From: Opitutia bacterium
GTDB taxonomy: Bacteria; Verrucomicrobiota; Verrucomicrobiia; Opitutales; Opitutaceae
Length of the DNA stretch: 64,000 bases
Direction of reading: 5' to 3'
Assembly (NCBI GenBank): GCA_947478395.1
Contig: CANJVR010000009.1
Location: forward strand, 1 to 64,000
This document shows positions 39,566-50,147 of the stretch, one piece after another (position 1 is the stretch's first letter; the number at the start of each line of letters is the position of its first letter). The notes under the pieces were generated by a model that saw only the letters and a list, made by a program, of their open reading frames with translations, made no database searches and had not been told where the DNA came from. Position numbers and translations under genes: made by a program.

Positions 39566-41779
39566 ATGAATCAGAAACACTCCGTTACCGTGCCCGGCCT
39601 CGGGCTCACGTTCTCCGCCGGCTCCATCGCCCAACTCGCCGGCGGCGCCGTCAACGTCAACGTTGGCGAAACCAACGTCTTCGTCACCGCCTGCGCCGCA
39701 CAAACCATGCGCCCCGGCCAGGACTTCTTCCCGCTCACCGTCGACTACCGCGACAAATACGCCGCGGCCGGCCGTTTTCCCGGCGGCTATTTCAAGCGCG
39801 AGGGCCGTCCCTCCGAACGCGAAATTCTCATCTCCCGGCTTTGCGACCGTCCCTGCCGTCCGCTCTTCCCCGAGGGTTTCCTCAATGAAGTGCAGATCAT
39901 CGGCCAGCTGTTCTCCGCCGATTTGATCCACGACTCCGACATCGCGATGGTCAACGGCGCCAGCGCCGCACTCGCCATCTCCGACATTCCGTGGGGCGGC
40001 CCGATCGGCTGCGTCCGCGTCGCCGAAATCGAAGGCCAGTTCGTCGCCAACCCGACGATCGAACAAATGTACGCGTCGTCGCTCGACCTCATCTACGTCG
40101 GCAACGAAAAAGACATGCTGATGATCGAAGGCTCCGCCGACCAGATCGCGGAGGAACGCTTCATCGAGGCGCTCGCGTTCGGTCACCAAGCGATCCAGCC
40201 AATCATCGCGGCGATCAAGCAACTCGTCACGCTCGCCGGCAAACCGAAGGCCCACTTCGCCCTCGTCGGCGCCACCCCCGAGGCCCGCGCCATCATCGAG
40301 CGCGTCGTCCCGGCCGAGCGCATTTCCACGGCCATCTTCGGCCATGAAAAACACGTCCGCTCCGCCAATATCAAAATGCTCAAGGCCGAGGCGCACGCCG
40401 CCCTCACGACCGAGCTCGGCGCCGGCCGCTTCAGCGATGTCGACCTCAACGTCGTCTTCGAAGACCTCCAATACAAAGCCTACCGCGCGACCGTTCTCGC
40501 GAAGGGCGTTCGTTCCGACCACCGCGACGCCAAGTCGCTCCGTCCCCTGCAGGCGCAGGTCGGTGTGCTGCCCCGCGTGCATGGCTCCGCCATGTTCCAA
40601 CGCGGCGATACGCAGAACATCGCCATCGTCACCCTCGGGCCGACCAAGGAAGCCCAGGACATGGACGGCCTCACCGGCGGCCCCACGTCAAAGAGCTTCA
40701 TTCTCCATTACAACTTCCCGCCGTTCTCCGTCGGTGAAGCGGGCCGTTTCATCGGACCCGGTCGCCGCGAAATCGGCCACGGTGCGCTCGCCGAGCGTTC
40801 GCTCGTGCCGATTCTCCCCCCCGAGGACGCGTTTCCCTACTCGATCCGCGTCGTTTCCGAAATCATGGCGTCGAACGGCTCCACCTCGATGGCTTCCATC
40901 TGCGGCGGCTGTCTCGCCCTCATGGACGCCGGCGTGCCGATCATCGCGCCCGTCGCGGGCATCAGCTGCGGTCTAATGACGGAAATGGATTCCACCGGTG
41001 CCATCACGAAGTGGACCACGATCACCGACATTCTTGGTGAAGAAGATCACTTCGGCGACATGGACTTCAAAGTCGCTGGCACCACGAAGGGCATCACGGG
41101 CTTCCAGCTCGACCTCAAGATCAACGGTCTGCCCTTCGAGATCGCGAAGACCGCGATTTTCCAAGCCCGCGATGCGCGCATTGAAATTCTCAAGGTCATG
41201 CTGGGCTCGCTGCCCGCGCCCCGCGCCGGCCTGAGCCAGTACGCGCCGCGCATTCAGACGATCCAGATCGATCCCGAAAAGATCGGTCTGCTCATCGGGC
41301 CCGGCGGCAAGACGATCCGTCGCATCACGGAAACGACCGGTGCGCAGATCGACATCGCCGACGACGACTCCGGCAAGATCTTCATCTACTCCAACAATGG
41401 CGAGGCGATGGCCCGCGCTATCAAGGAAATCGACGGCCTCTGCGGCGGCGGCTCCGGCCCCGGCGGTGGTGGTGGCGGCGGCGGCGAACCGATCGAGATG
41501 GACAAGATCTACACGGGTCGCGTCACCGGCATCAAAGACTTCGGCTGCTTCGTTGAATGCACGCCCGGCAAGGAAGGTCTCTGTCACATCAGCGAACTCG
41601 CTGAGATGCGCGTCCGCCGTACGGAAGACGTCGTGAAGATGGGCGAGATGATCACCGTGAAGTGCATCGGCATCGACGAGCGCTCCGGCAAAGTCCGCTT
41701 GAGCCGCAAGGCCGCCATGCGCGACCTCGAGGCCCAGAAGCAGGGCGGCGGCGAACCCGCCGCGGCGCCCGCCAACTAA
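39566..41779 (+). CDS. pnp: Polyribonucleotide nucleotidyltransferase (PNPase)
   Basis: [43 protein letters not shown] (IGPGGK) and S1 domains. Confidence 0.98.
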   Translation: MNQKHSVTVPGLGLTFSAGSIAQLAGGAVNVNVGETNVFVTACAAQTMRPGQDFFPLTVDYRDKYAAAGRFPGGYFKREGRPSEREILISRLCDRPCRPLFPEGFLNEVQIIGQLFSADLIHDSDIAMVNGASAALAISDIPWGGPIGCVRVAEIEGQFVANPTIEQMYASSLDLIYVGNEKDMLMIEGSADQIAEERFIEALAFGHQAIQPIIAAIKQLVTLAGKPKAHFALVGATPEARAIIERVVPAERISTAIFGHEKHVRSANIKMLKAEAHAALTTELGAGRFSDVDLNVVFEDLQYKAYRATVLAKGVRSDHRDAKSLRPLQAQVGVLPRVHGSAMFQRGDTQNIAIVTLGPTKEAQDMDGLTGGPTSKSFILHYNFPPFSVGEAGRFIGPGRREIGHGALAERSLVPILPPEDAFPYSIRVVSEIMASNGSTSMASICGGCLALMDAGVPIIAPVAGISCGLMTEMDSTGAITKWTTITDILGEEDHFGDMDFKVAGTTKGITGFQLDLKINGLPFEIAKTAIFQARDARIEILKVMLGSLPAPRAGLSQYAPRIQTIQIDPEKIGLLIGPGGKTIRRITETTGAQIDIADDDSGKIFIYSNNGEAMARAIKEIDGLCGGGSGPGGGGGGGGEPIEMDKIYTGRVTGIKDFGCFVECTPGKEGLCHISELAEMRVRRTEDVVKMGEMITVKCIGIDERSGKVRLSRKAAMRDLEAQKQGGGEPAAAPAN

Positions 41780-41829
41780 TCCGAAAATGTGGGTGGGGTG
41801 CCCTCACCCCGTTCCGTCTCCGTTCTTCC

Positions 41830-41861
41830 AAGCCGCGGCGCCCAAAGCGCCGCGGCTTTTT
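41830..41861 (+). terminator. pnp terminator
   Basis: AAGCCGCGGCGC-CCAAA-GCGCCGCGGC-TTTTT. Confidence 0.85.
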
Positions 41862-41944
41862 CTTGCCCAATTTTCCTCGTCTGAGTTTTCCGTCTTCCCC
41901 TTTTCACCGCTTTCCGCGTGTTTCGCGGGCAACTCTTCCGCTTC

Positions 41945-42736
41945 ATGCGCCTGCTTCTCACCAACGACGATGGCATCGCCAGCGTTTTCCTCCACGAACT
42001 CGCCGCCGCGCTGCACCACGCGGGTCACGACCTTTGCATCGTGGCGCCGAAGACCGAGCAAAGCTGGATCGGCGCCGCCAAATCGCGTCACCGCCCCGTC
42101 GCCGTGCGCCGGGACGACGACACGCACGGGCTGAATTGTCCGACGTGGATCGTGGACGGCACCCCGAGCGATTGCGTGAACATCGCGCTCGCCCACCTCT
42201 TGCCCGGCGCGAAGCTTCCTGCGCCCGAGGCCGTCGTCAGCGGCATCAACATCGGCCTCAACGCGTCGCTCGCCTTCATCCTCGCGAGCGGCACCATCGC
42301 CGGCGCTTGGGAAGGCGCGACGCACGGTTTGCCCGCGGTCGCATTCTCGCAGGACCTCAGTTTCGCGGCCTTCGATAAACTGAAACACGAAAAAGGGGTG
42401 CCCGATGAATCGTTGTTCGCGTCGCTACGCGCCTCCGCCGCGCACGCCGCGCGCCTCGTGCCGTCCCTCGTCGCCGCCACGCCACCCCGCAGCTTCACCG
42501 TGCACAACGTGAATTTCCCGTTCCCGTGCGTCGCGACCGCGGAAGTCCGCCGGACGATTCCCGCGCGGGTTGTGGTGCCAGGCCTTTTCAGCCCGGCCGA
42601 CGACGACGGCACGCACCGTTTTGTCTTCAACCTCGGCGAAGATCTGTCGCCGCCCTCGCCGCTCTCCGACCGCGCCGCCCTCGCGGCCGGTTTCATCAGT
42701 CACACGGTTCTAGACTATCGAAATCTCGGCCAATAA
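41945..42736 (+). CDS. surE: 5'/3'-nucleotidase SurE
   Basis: LLTNDDG, GTPSDCV, VSGIN.G.N, SGT. Confidence 0.92.
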   Translation: MRLLLTNDDGIASVFLHELAAALHHAGHDLCIVAPKTEQSWIGAAKSRHRPVAVRRDDDTHGLNCPTWIVDGTPSDCVNIALAHLLPGAKLPAPEAVVSGINIGLNASLAFILASGTIAGAWEGATHGLPAVAFSQDLSFAAFDKLKHEKGVPDESLFASLRASAAHAARLVPSLVAATPPRSFTVHNVNFPFPCVATAEVRRTIPARVVVPGLFSPADDDGTHRFVFNLGEDLSPPSPLSDRAALAAGFISHTVLDYRNLGQ

Positions 42737-42835
42737 CACTGCGTTCTGTTCGGCGTGCTCGGTAACCCCCGTATTGCTCACACCCAAAACCGCCGCTCAA
42801 TCCGCCCAGCCCCACTCCTCAATCTTACCCCCACC

Positions 42836-43681
42836 ATGAAATTTGGCGTCAGCACCTGGCTTTGGACTTCTCCTTTCCGCACCGAAACCGTCGCGCTTTT
42901 TCCCAAGATCAAACGCATGGGTTTCGATTTCATCGAGGTCCCCGTCGAAGATCCCGCGCTAATCGACGGATCCGCCGTGCGGCGCGCGCTCGCCGATCAC
43001 GGACTATTTCCGGTCATCTGCGGCGCGTTCGGTCCCACGCGTGACCTGACGGCCGACGATCCCAAACTCCGCGACTCCGGTTTCGATTACATCACGCGCA
43101 GCCTCGATCTCGCCCACGAACTCGGCGGAAAGTTTTTTGCCGGGCCCATGTACTCCGCCGTCGGCAAAGCCCGGCTCGTCGCGCCCGAGCAACGCCGCAT
43201 CGAATGGCTCCGTGCCGTGGAAAATTTGCGCAAGGTCGCCGGCCTCGCGAGCGACCGTGGCCTGCAACTCGCCATCGAACCGCTCAACCGTTTCGAGACC
43301 GACCTCGTGAACACCGCCGCCGATGTCGTGCGACTCGTCGACGAAATCGCTCATCCGGCCGCGCGCGTGATGCTCGACTCGTTTCACATGACGATCGAGG
43401 AACGCGATCTCGAGGCGGCGATCCGGAGCGTCGGCCCGCGGCTGCTGCACGTGCAGGTATCGGAAAATTATCGCGGCACCCCCGGGACCGGACAGACGCG
43501 CTGGGACAGTTTCAAACGCGGCCTCGACGCCGTCGGTTATCAAGGCGGGATTTCGATCGAGAGTTTCACGCCCGAGATCAAGGAACTCGCCGGCGCCGTC
43601 TGCTTCTGGCGCCCTATGGCCGCAAGCCAGGACGCCTTCGCCAGTGATGGACTCGCGTTTCTAAAGCAGGCGCTGGGCTGA
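42836..43681 (+). CDS. Sugar epimerase/isomerase, D-tagatose/D-psicose 3-epimerase family
   Basis: EPLNRFE, LDSFHM.IEE, H.Q.SEN.RG.PG.G, IESF. Confidence 0.85.
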   Translation: MKFGVSTWLWTSPFRTETVALFPKIKRMGFDFIEVPVEDPALIDGSAVRRALADHGLFPVICGAFGPTRDLTADDPKLRDSGFDYITRSLDLAHELGGKFFAGPMYSAVGKARLVAPEQRRIEWLRAVENLRKVAGLASDRGLQLAIEPLNRFETDLVNTAADVVRLVDEIAHPAARVMLDSFHMTIEERDLEAAIRSVGPRLLHVQVSENYRGTPGTGQTRWDSFKRGLDAVGYQGGISIESFTPEIKELAGAVCFWRPMAASQDAFASDGLAFLKQALG

Positions 43682-43705
43682 ACTAAGTTTTTCCGTGGCC
43701 GTTAT

Positions 43706-43777
43706 GTGCCGCGGCCGGCGTCTCTACCCGCCAGGTTCAGTGTCCTCCTTTCGGCCGGCGGGGACGCCTGCCGCTAC
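43706..43777. repeat. GTAG-type REP-like element, degenerate copy
   Basis: GCGGCCGGCGTCTCTACCCGCC...GGCCGGCGGGGACGCCTGCCGCTAC; right arm matches 4891-4915; lies between convergent genes. Confidence 0.7.
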
Positions 43778-43788
43778 GTCTTTAGCGG

Positions 43789-44991
43789 CTACGCTTTTGG
43801 TAAAACCGCTCTAAACGTTCCGGCCGCCGCCCGAAATCCACTCGGGGTTTTGCCCGTTTCACGTTTGAAGACCACGCTCAAATATTCCACGTGCTCGAAG
43901 CCGGTGCGCTCCGCGATCAGGTACAGCGGAAGATCCGTGTCGCTGAGCAACTGGCGCACGCGGGTCAGTCGCACGTGCAAAATTTCCTCGCGCGGCGTCC
44001 GCCCCAGCAGCCGTTGAAAACGTTGCTCCAGCACGCGCCGTGACAGCGGCGCGGCGCGCAGCACATCGCTCACGTTGATCCCGTCGCACGCGTGTTCGCG
44101 GATGAACTGCACCGCCCGCGCCACATCGCGGTCGTCCACCGCGAGCACATCAGTCGACTGCCGTGCCGCCACCCCAAGCGGCGCGATCAAGCGCGCGTCG
44201 ACCGGCACGCGTTTGCCCGCCATCAACCGGTCGAGCAGCATCGCCGCTTCGTATCCAGTGCGATGCGCGTTGGGGATCACGCTCGAAAGCGGCGGTGAAG
44301 CTAAGTCACAAAGCAGCTCGTCGTTATCGACCCCGATCACCGCGACTTCGCCTGGCACCGCGAGCCCCGCACTGCGACACGCATCGAGCACCTGCTGCCC
44401 GCGAATATCGTAGCACGCCATAATCCCGATCGGCTTGGGCAACTCCCGCAGCCACCGGCGCAAGTCCGCGCTTTGCGCCGCCAAATCGCCAGACGCGGCC
44501 GCAGACGGTTGATAACAATGCACCGTCCGACCGGCCGCCGCCTGTACGTGGGCGCAAAAATGCTTCTCCCGCCAAACCGACCAGTTGAAACGGGCGTCGC
44601 CGCAAAATCCAAAAGTTTTGAAACCGCGCTCCAGCAAATGCTCCGCCGCCAGCTGCGCGATTTGCTCGTCGTCGGTTTCGACCCAAGGCAATTCCGGCAC
44701 AATGCGCGCCGCGCTTACGTCGACCGCGGGCACCCCCGCGCGTACCACCGCGGCCGCGATACGCGGCGTCTCGATGCGCGCGATGATCCCATCGCCATTC
44801 CACCGTTTCAGCCAATCGGGGGGGTCGTCGCCCCGGCCCTGCTCCATCAGGTGAAACGACCACGGCTTATGCTCCCGGATGTAGTGCACCACCCCTTGCA
44901 ACAGACCCCGGGCGTAAGCGTTCGACGTTTCGATCAGCAACGCCACTTGCCGACGGCGGGGCGCATGCGGGCGGATCGACGGAGACGGCAT
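43789..44991 (-). CDS. XylR-type transcriptional regulator (periplasmic-binding-fold sensor + AraC HTH)
   Basis: VALLIETSNAY.RG, VIGVDND, LSSV, ARQSTD and C-terminal AraC HTH. Confidence 0.9.
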   Translation of the reverse strand: MPSPSIRPHAPRRRQVALLIETSNAYARGLLQGVVHYIREHKPWSFHLMEQGRGDDPPDWLKRWNGDGIIARIETPRIAAAVVRAGVPAVDVSAARIVPELPWVETDDEQIAQLAAEHLLERGFKTFGFCGDARFNWSVWREKHFCAHVQAAAGRTVHCYQPSAAASGDLAAQSADLRRWLRELPKPIGIMACYDIRGQQVLDACRSAGLAVPGEVAVIGVDNDELLCDLASPPLSSVIPNAHRTGYEAAMLLDRLMAGKRVPVDARLIAPLGVAARQSTDVLAVDDRDVARAVQFIREHACDGINVSDVLRAAPLSRRVLEQRFQRLLGRTPREEILHVRLTRVRQLLSDTDLPLYLIAERTGFEHVEYLSVVFKRETGKTPSGFRAAAGTFRAVLPKA

Positions 44992-45179
44992 TCCGCGAGC
45001 CTTCGCCAGATTCGCAAAAAATCAACCCGCGAGCCACTTGACCCGATTCGGGGCCTTACTTTCATAGCGAAGGGACATTTTGAGCCCGGTGAGAAAACTC
45101 ATCATTTTTGCGTCAACTCTCATGGGCGCCCCGCCCGCACTGTGTTAACCTCAGGCTCCCCCCAACCCCGTCCGTGCCC

Positions 45180-48100
45180 ATGAATTCCTCCGTCCTGCCC
45201 TCACGTCGCCATTCTTCGATTGGCTTCATCGCTTTTGTCGCCGCCTTTTTCCTGGCTGCACTTTCCGCCGCCGCCGCGCCGCTGAAAGTTCTGTTCCTCG
45301 GTGATAGCGGTCATCACGCCTCAGCGATCCGACTGCGCGAACTGGCGCCCGCGATGATCGCGCGTGGCATCCAACTGGTCTACACCGAGGATGTCGCCGC
45401 GGCACTCACGCTCGAAAACCTGAAACGCTACGATGCGTTCATGATCTTCGCCAATATCGACACGATCACACCCGCGCAGGATCAGGCCCTGTTTGATTAC
45501 GTTTCCCAGGGCGGCGGGTTCGTGCCGGTGCATTGTGCCTCCTATTGCTTCCGCAACTCCGAACGCTACGTCGCACTGGTCGGCGGCCAATTTCAACGGC
45601 ACGCCGCGATCTCGAGTTTCAAAACCCGCATCGTAGCACCCGATCATCCGATCATGAAGGGCTGGGTGGGCGTCGAAAGCACGGGCGACGAACCGTATGT
45701 GCACACCAAGCAGAATGAAAAGGACCGCACCGTGCTCGAAGTGCGCGACAACGAGCCCTACACGTGGGTGCGCAACGAAGGCAAAGGCCGCGTGTTCTAC
45801 ACAGCGTGGGGCCACGACGAGCGCACGTGGATGAATGTTGGCTTCCAGGATTTGATCGAGCGCGGCATCAGATTCGCCGCAGGCCAGAAACTGCCCGACA
45901 CGCTTTCGAAACCCACCGCCGTGACGCAGTTCGAATACGAGGAAGGGCTCAAGGTCCCCTACTATTCCAACGAGCAGGGCGCAGCGGCCCGCGGCGGCAA
46001 TCCCTGGCCCAAAGTGCAAAAGCCGCTGACCGCGGCACAGTCGATGGAACACATCATCGTGCCTGCCGGTTTCGAGCTGCAGCTTTTTGCGAGTGAGCCC
46101 GACATCAAGAAACCGATCGCGATGTCCTGGGACGAACGCGGCCGCCTGTGGATCATCGAGACCGTCGATTATCCGAACAAGCTCCTGCCCGCGGGAGAAG
46201 CGGGCAACGATCGCATTGTGATTTGCGAGGACACGAATCACGACGGCAAAGCCGACAAGTTCACGGTATTCGCCGAGGGCCTGAACATTCCCACGAGCCT
46301 CACCTTCGCCAACGGCGGTGTGATCGTGCAGCAGATGCCGAACACGCTTTTTCTCAAAGACACCGACGGCGACGACAAGGCCGATATCAAGGAAGTGCTG
46401 ATCACGGGCTGGGGTCGCCGTGACACGCATGCGGGCCCGAGCAATTTGCAGTACGGTCCCGACAATTGGATTTGGGGCGTCGTCGGTTACTCCGGTTTCA
46501 ACGGCACCGTTGGCGGCAAGCCGTACACGTTTTCCCAGGGCTTCTATCGCTTCAAGTCCGACGGTTCCGCCATCGAATTTCCCCGCAACACGAACAACAA
46601 CACCTGGGGCCTCGGTATCAGTGAGACGGGCATCGTATTCGCGTCCACCGCCAACAACAACCCAAGCACGTACATGCCGATTCCCGCGCGTTACTATGAG
46701 CCCGCCGGTCTCACCGCCGGCGTGCTCGCCACGATCGCGGACACGTCGCGCTACCTTCCGATCACGACGAAGTTTCGCGAGGTCGACGTGTTCGGCGGCT
46801 ACACCGCGGGCGCGGGTCACGCCCTTTACACGGCACGTTCCTACCCCAAGGAATATTGGAATCGCATCGCGTTCGTGACCGAACCGACGGGCCATCTCGT
46901 AGGGGAATTCATCCTCGATGCCGACGGCGCGAACTTCCGCTCGCACAATCCGACCAACCTGATTTCGAGCGACGACGAATGGTGCGCCCCAATCATGGCC
47001 GAAGTCGGACCCGACGGCTCGGTCTGGGTCATCGACTGGTACAACTACATCATCCAGCACAACCCGACGCCGATCGGATTCCAAACCGGCGCTGGCGCCG
47101 CCTACGAAAACGAGCTGCGCGACAAACGTCACGGCCGCATCTACCGCGTCGTCTGGAAAGACGGAAAACCTTCGCCACAGCCGAATCTGCACAACGCCAC
47201 GCCCGAGGTGCTCGTGCAGGCGCTCACCAACAACAATCTCTTCTGGCGCCGCCATGCCCAGCGTCTGCTCGTCGAACGCGGCCGCAAAGATGTCATTCCC
47301 GCGCTGATCGAGCTCACCAAAAATCAGACCGTAGACGAAATTGGCCTGAACGCCGGGGCCACGCACGCACTCTGGACGTTGCAGGGATTGAACGCGCTCG
47401 ACTCAAGTCCGGCCGCCTTGACCGCAGCAACGGAAGCCTTGAAGCATCCTTCCGCCGGTGTGCGCCGCAACGCCGTCACCGTTCTCCCGCGCACCGCTGC
47501 CACGGTTAACGCCATGATTGCGGCGAATCTCCTGCAAGACCCCGACGCGCAGGTTCGTCTCGCGGCGCTGCTTGCCCTCTCGGAGTCGCCCGAAGTACCG
47601 GCCGCCGGACAAGCACTCCACGCCACCTTCGCGGCCCAAAAAGTTTCACTGGATCGCTGGTCAGCGGACGCGGCCAAGATGGCCGCAACGCGCCAATCGA
47701 AAGGGTTTCTCGCCGCCGCCACGCCGGAGGAAATCGCAGCCGCCCGCGCCGCCGAGAATCAAGGCACGCGCAGCTTGCTCTCCAGCGCTTCGCTCATGAC
47801 CAGCGGCACGGGACTTCCGGCCGATTGGACCCTGGCGAAAACCGCGGGGAACGTGGAGGCCACGCGAGCCAACGTCTCCCATGCCGGCCAGCAGAGCCTT
47901 CGGCTCACACTCGATGGCGAAGGCGCCGCCGGTGGCGTAAGCACCAAAATAAAATTGAAACGCAACTACCGCTACGAACTCACGGCGTGGATCAAAACCG
48001 AGGGACTACCCACTCTCCCCGCCGGCGGACGTGCCGGCGGCGGCGGTGGACGCGCCGGCGGCCCGAGTATCGGTGGCGCTTCATTGAGCGCGCCCGCTCC

Positions 48101-48800
48101 AGCTGGCGCACGCGCCGGCGCCCCGGCCGGAGCCGGCGGCGGGCCTCCGGCCTTCGTTCGCGGTACCACGGACTGGACGCAAGTCCGCCTGCAGGTCACG
48201 ACGACAACCGAAGAGCTCACCGTGCTCTGCTCGGTATCGTTGGGCGCGGCCGACAGCGGCACGACCAAGGGCTCCGCGTGGTTCGATGACGTTACGATCC
48301 GGGAGATCGGCCCCTCCGACGATAGCGTCGTCGAGCCGCTGAACGCCGTGCTGAATCATCTCAACGCCCGCACCGCTGCGCTCGGCAAGCCCGCGACGGG
48401 GGCTCCGGCGCTCGACAACACGATGTTCACCCTCGTGCTTGGCACCACGCCCGACGTGATGAAATACGATCGCACCGAGCTAACGGTGAAAGCCGGCAGC
48501 GTCACCCGCCTCGGTTTCCGCAACACCGATCACATGCAGCACAACGTCGTCATTCTTCGGCCGGGCACGATGGAAGCCGTCGGTCTGCTCGCGGACAAAA
48601 TGCTGACGGACCCACAGGGCCTCGCAAAAAATTATCTGCCGGCGACGCCCGATGTGTTGTTCAGCACGCCGCTGGTGAACCCAGGTGAAAACTTCGATCT
48701 CGTTTTCACCGCGCCTGCCGCGCCGGGCCGTTATCCGATCATCTGCACCTTCCCCGGCCACTGGCGGATTATGCAGAGCGTGCTCGTCGTGACACCCTGA
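45180..48800 (+). CDS. Secreted multidomain PVC-type dehydrogenase-like protein: ThuA-like + beta-propeller + HEAT + CBM-like + azurin/auracyanin-like domain
   Basis: GRVFYTAWGH (ThuA); FASEP...PIAM.WDERGRLW, ED...DGKADK, DWYN.I.QH (PVC propeller); C-terminal HN...CTFPGH...M type-1 copper ligands. Confidence 0.8.
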   Translation: MNSSVLPSRRHSSIGFIAFVAAFFLAALSAAAAPLKVLFLGDSGHHASAIRLRELAPAMIARGIQLVYTEDVAAALTLENLKRYDAFMIFANIDTITPAQDQALFDYVSQGGGFVPVHCASYCFRNSERYVALVGGQFQRHAAISSFKTRIVAPDHPIMKGWVGVESTGDEPYVHTKQNEKDRTVLEVRDNEPYTWVRNEGKGRVFYTAWGHDERTWMNVGFQDLIERGIRFAAGQKLPDTLSKPTAVTQFEYEEGLKVPYYSNEQGAAARGGNPWPKVQKPLTAAQSMEHIIVPAGFELQLFASEPDIKKPIAMSWDERGRLWIIETVDYPNKLLPAGEAGNDRIVICEDTNHDGKADKFTVFAEGLNIPTSLTFANGGVIVQQMPNTLFLKDTDGDDKADIKEVLITGWGRRDTHAGPSNLQYGPDNWIWGVVGYSGFNGTVGGKPYTFSQGFYRFKSDGSAIEFPRNTNNNTWGLGISETGIVFASTANNNPSTYMPIPARYYEPAGLTAGVLATIADTSRYLPITTKFREVDVFGGYTAGAGHALYTARSYPKEYWNRIAFVTEPTGHLVGEFILDADGANFRSHNPTNLISSDDEWCAPIMAEVGPDGSVWVIDWYNYIIQHNPTPIGFQTGAGAAYENELRDKRHGRIYRVVWKDGKPSPQPNLHNATPEVLVQALTNNNLFWRRHAQRLLVERGRKDVIPALIELTKNQTVDEIGLNAGATHALWTLQGLNALDSSPAALTAATEALKHPSAGVRRNAVTVLPRTAATVNAMIAANLLQDPDAQVRLAALLALSESPEVPAAGQALHATFAAQKVSLDRWSADAAKMAATRQSKGFLAAATPEEIAAARAAENQGTRSLLSSASLMTSGTGLPADWTLAKTAGNVEATRANVSHAGQQSLRLTLDGEGAAGGVSTKIKLKRNYRYELTAWIKTEGLPTLPAGGRAGGGGGRAGGPSIGGASLSAPAPAGARAGAPAGAGGGPPAFVRGTTDWTQVRLQVTTTTEELTVLCSVSLGAADSGTTKGSAWFDDVTIREIGPSDDSVVEPLNAVLNHLNARTAALGKPATGAPALDNTMFTLVLGTTPDVMKYDRTELTVKAGSVTRLGFRNTDHMQHNVVILRPGTMEAVGLLADKMLTDPQGLAKNYLPATPDVLFSTPLVNPGENFDLVFTAPAAPGRYPIICTFPGHWRIMQSVLVVTP

Positions 48801-48820
48801 GCGGCGCCTCGTGCGGCGCG

Positions 48821-48920
48821 GTTTTGGGTGAGGAGTTGCGCGTTTTAGGTTTCGAACCTTTCAACGCGAATTTCCGCAGACTGGATCCAACTCGAAACCC
48901 AAAACTCAAAACCAAAAACT
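48821..48920. repeat. Heptameric short tandem repeats in inverted arrangement
   Basis: GTTTTGG GTGAGGA GTTGCGC GTTTTAG GTTTCGA ... CCAACTC GAAACCC AAAACTC AAAACCA AAAACT. Confidence 0.6.
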
Positions 48921-48934
48921 TTTTCCGTCCTCCC

Positions 48935-50062
48935 ATGCCTCAGAAAAAAATCAACCTCGCGATTATTGGCCTCGGCTTCGGCGCCGAATTCATCCCCATT
49001 TTCCAAGCGCACCCCGATGCCAATCTCGTCGCGGTCTGCCAGCGTGACCCGAAAAAACTGAAAGCCATCCAGGACGCATTCGGCATTCCGAAGGGCTACA
49101 CCGATTACGACGAGCTGCTGCGCGATCCCGAGATCGATGCCGTGCACATCAACACGCCGATCCCTGATCACGCCGCCCAGTCCATCAAGGCGCTCAAGGC
49201 CGGCAAACACGTGGCGTGCACGGTGCCCATGGCGACTTCGATCGCCGATTGCCGCACCATCGTACAGCTCGTGAAAAAAACGGGGCTCAAATACATGATG
49301 ATGGAGACCGTCGTTTACGCCCGTGAATATCTTTACATCAAGGAACTCTACGACCGCGGCGAGCTCGGCAAAATTCAGTTTCTCCAGGCCAGTCACCAAC
49401 AGGACATGGATGGTTGGCCCAATTACTGGCCCGGACTGCCGCCCATGTGGTACGCCACGCACTGCGTCGGCCCGATGCTCGCGCTGACGGACGCCGTGGC
49501 GGAATACGTTTCCTGCTTTGGGTCCGGCACAATCCGGAAAGAGTTGATCGCGAAATACGGTTCACCCTTCGCGGTCGAGACGGCGCACATCAAGTTCAAG
49601 GATTCCGATCTCACGGCGCGCATCATCCGCTCCCTCTTCGACGTCGCCCGCCAGTATCGCGAAAGCATCGACGTGTACGGTTCGAAGAAATCTTTCGAGT
49701 GGACGCTCGTTGAGCACGAGGCCCACGTCCTCCACACCGCGAAGCTGGCCGAGGCCAAGATTCCGAAAAAAGTTCAGGTGCCCGACTACGCAAAACGCCT
49801 GCCGAAAGGCATCCAGAAGTTCACCACCAAGGGCGTTTACGATCTCGGCAAGAAAACGCATCTCAGCTTCACGCAAGGCGCCGGTCACGGCGGTTCGCAT
49901 CCGCACCTCGCGCACGAATTCCTGCGCGCGCTGGTCGAGGATCGCGATCCGATGCCCAACGCGGTCAAATCCGCGAACTGGACGTGCGTCGGTCTCTGCG
50001 CGCACGAGTCCGCCCTCGCCGGCGGGAAAATCGTGCGGCTGCCGGCGTTTACGCAGGGGTAG
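48935..50062 (+). CDS. Gfo/Idh/MocA family oxidoreductase
   Basis: AIIGLGFG Rossmann motif, DAVHINTP...H, AGKHVACTVP. Confidence 0.88.
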   Translation: MPQKKINLAIIGLGFGAEFIPIFQAHPDANLVAVCQRDPKKLKAIQDAFGIPKGYTDYDELLRDPEIDAVHINTPIPDHAAQSIKALKAGKHVACTVPMATSIADCRTIVQLVKKTGLKYMMMETVVYAREYLYIKELYDRGELGKIQFLQASHQQDMDGWPNYWPGLPPMWYATHCVGPMLALTDAVAEYVSCFGSGTIRKELIAKYGSPFAVETAHIKFKDSDLTARIIRSLFDVARQYRESIDVYGSKKSFEWTLVEHEAHVLHTAKLAEAKIPKKVQVPDYAKRLPKGIQKFTTKGVYDLGKKTHLSFTQGAGHGGSHPHLAHEFLRALVEDRDPMPNAVKSANWTCVGLCAHESALAGGKIVRLPAFTQG

Positions 50063-50147
50063 AACCGCGCTGGCGGAAAAACCCCGCCGTACTCTCTGCA
50101 AACTTCCCTTTGCATCACCGCGGCTTTGTCGTTCACTCGACGGCTCG

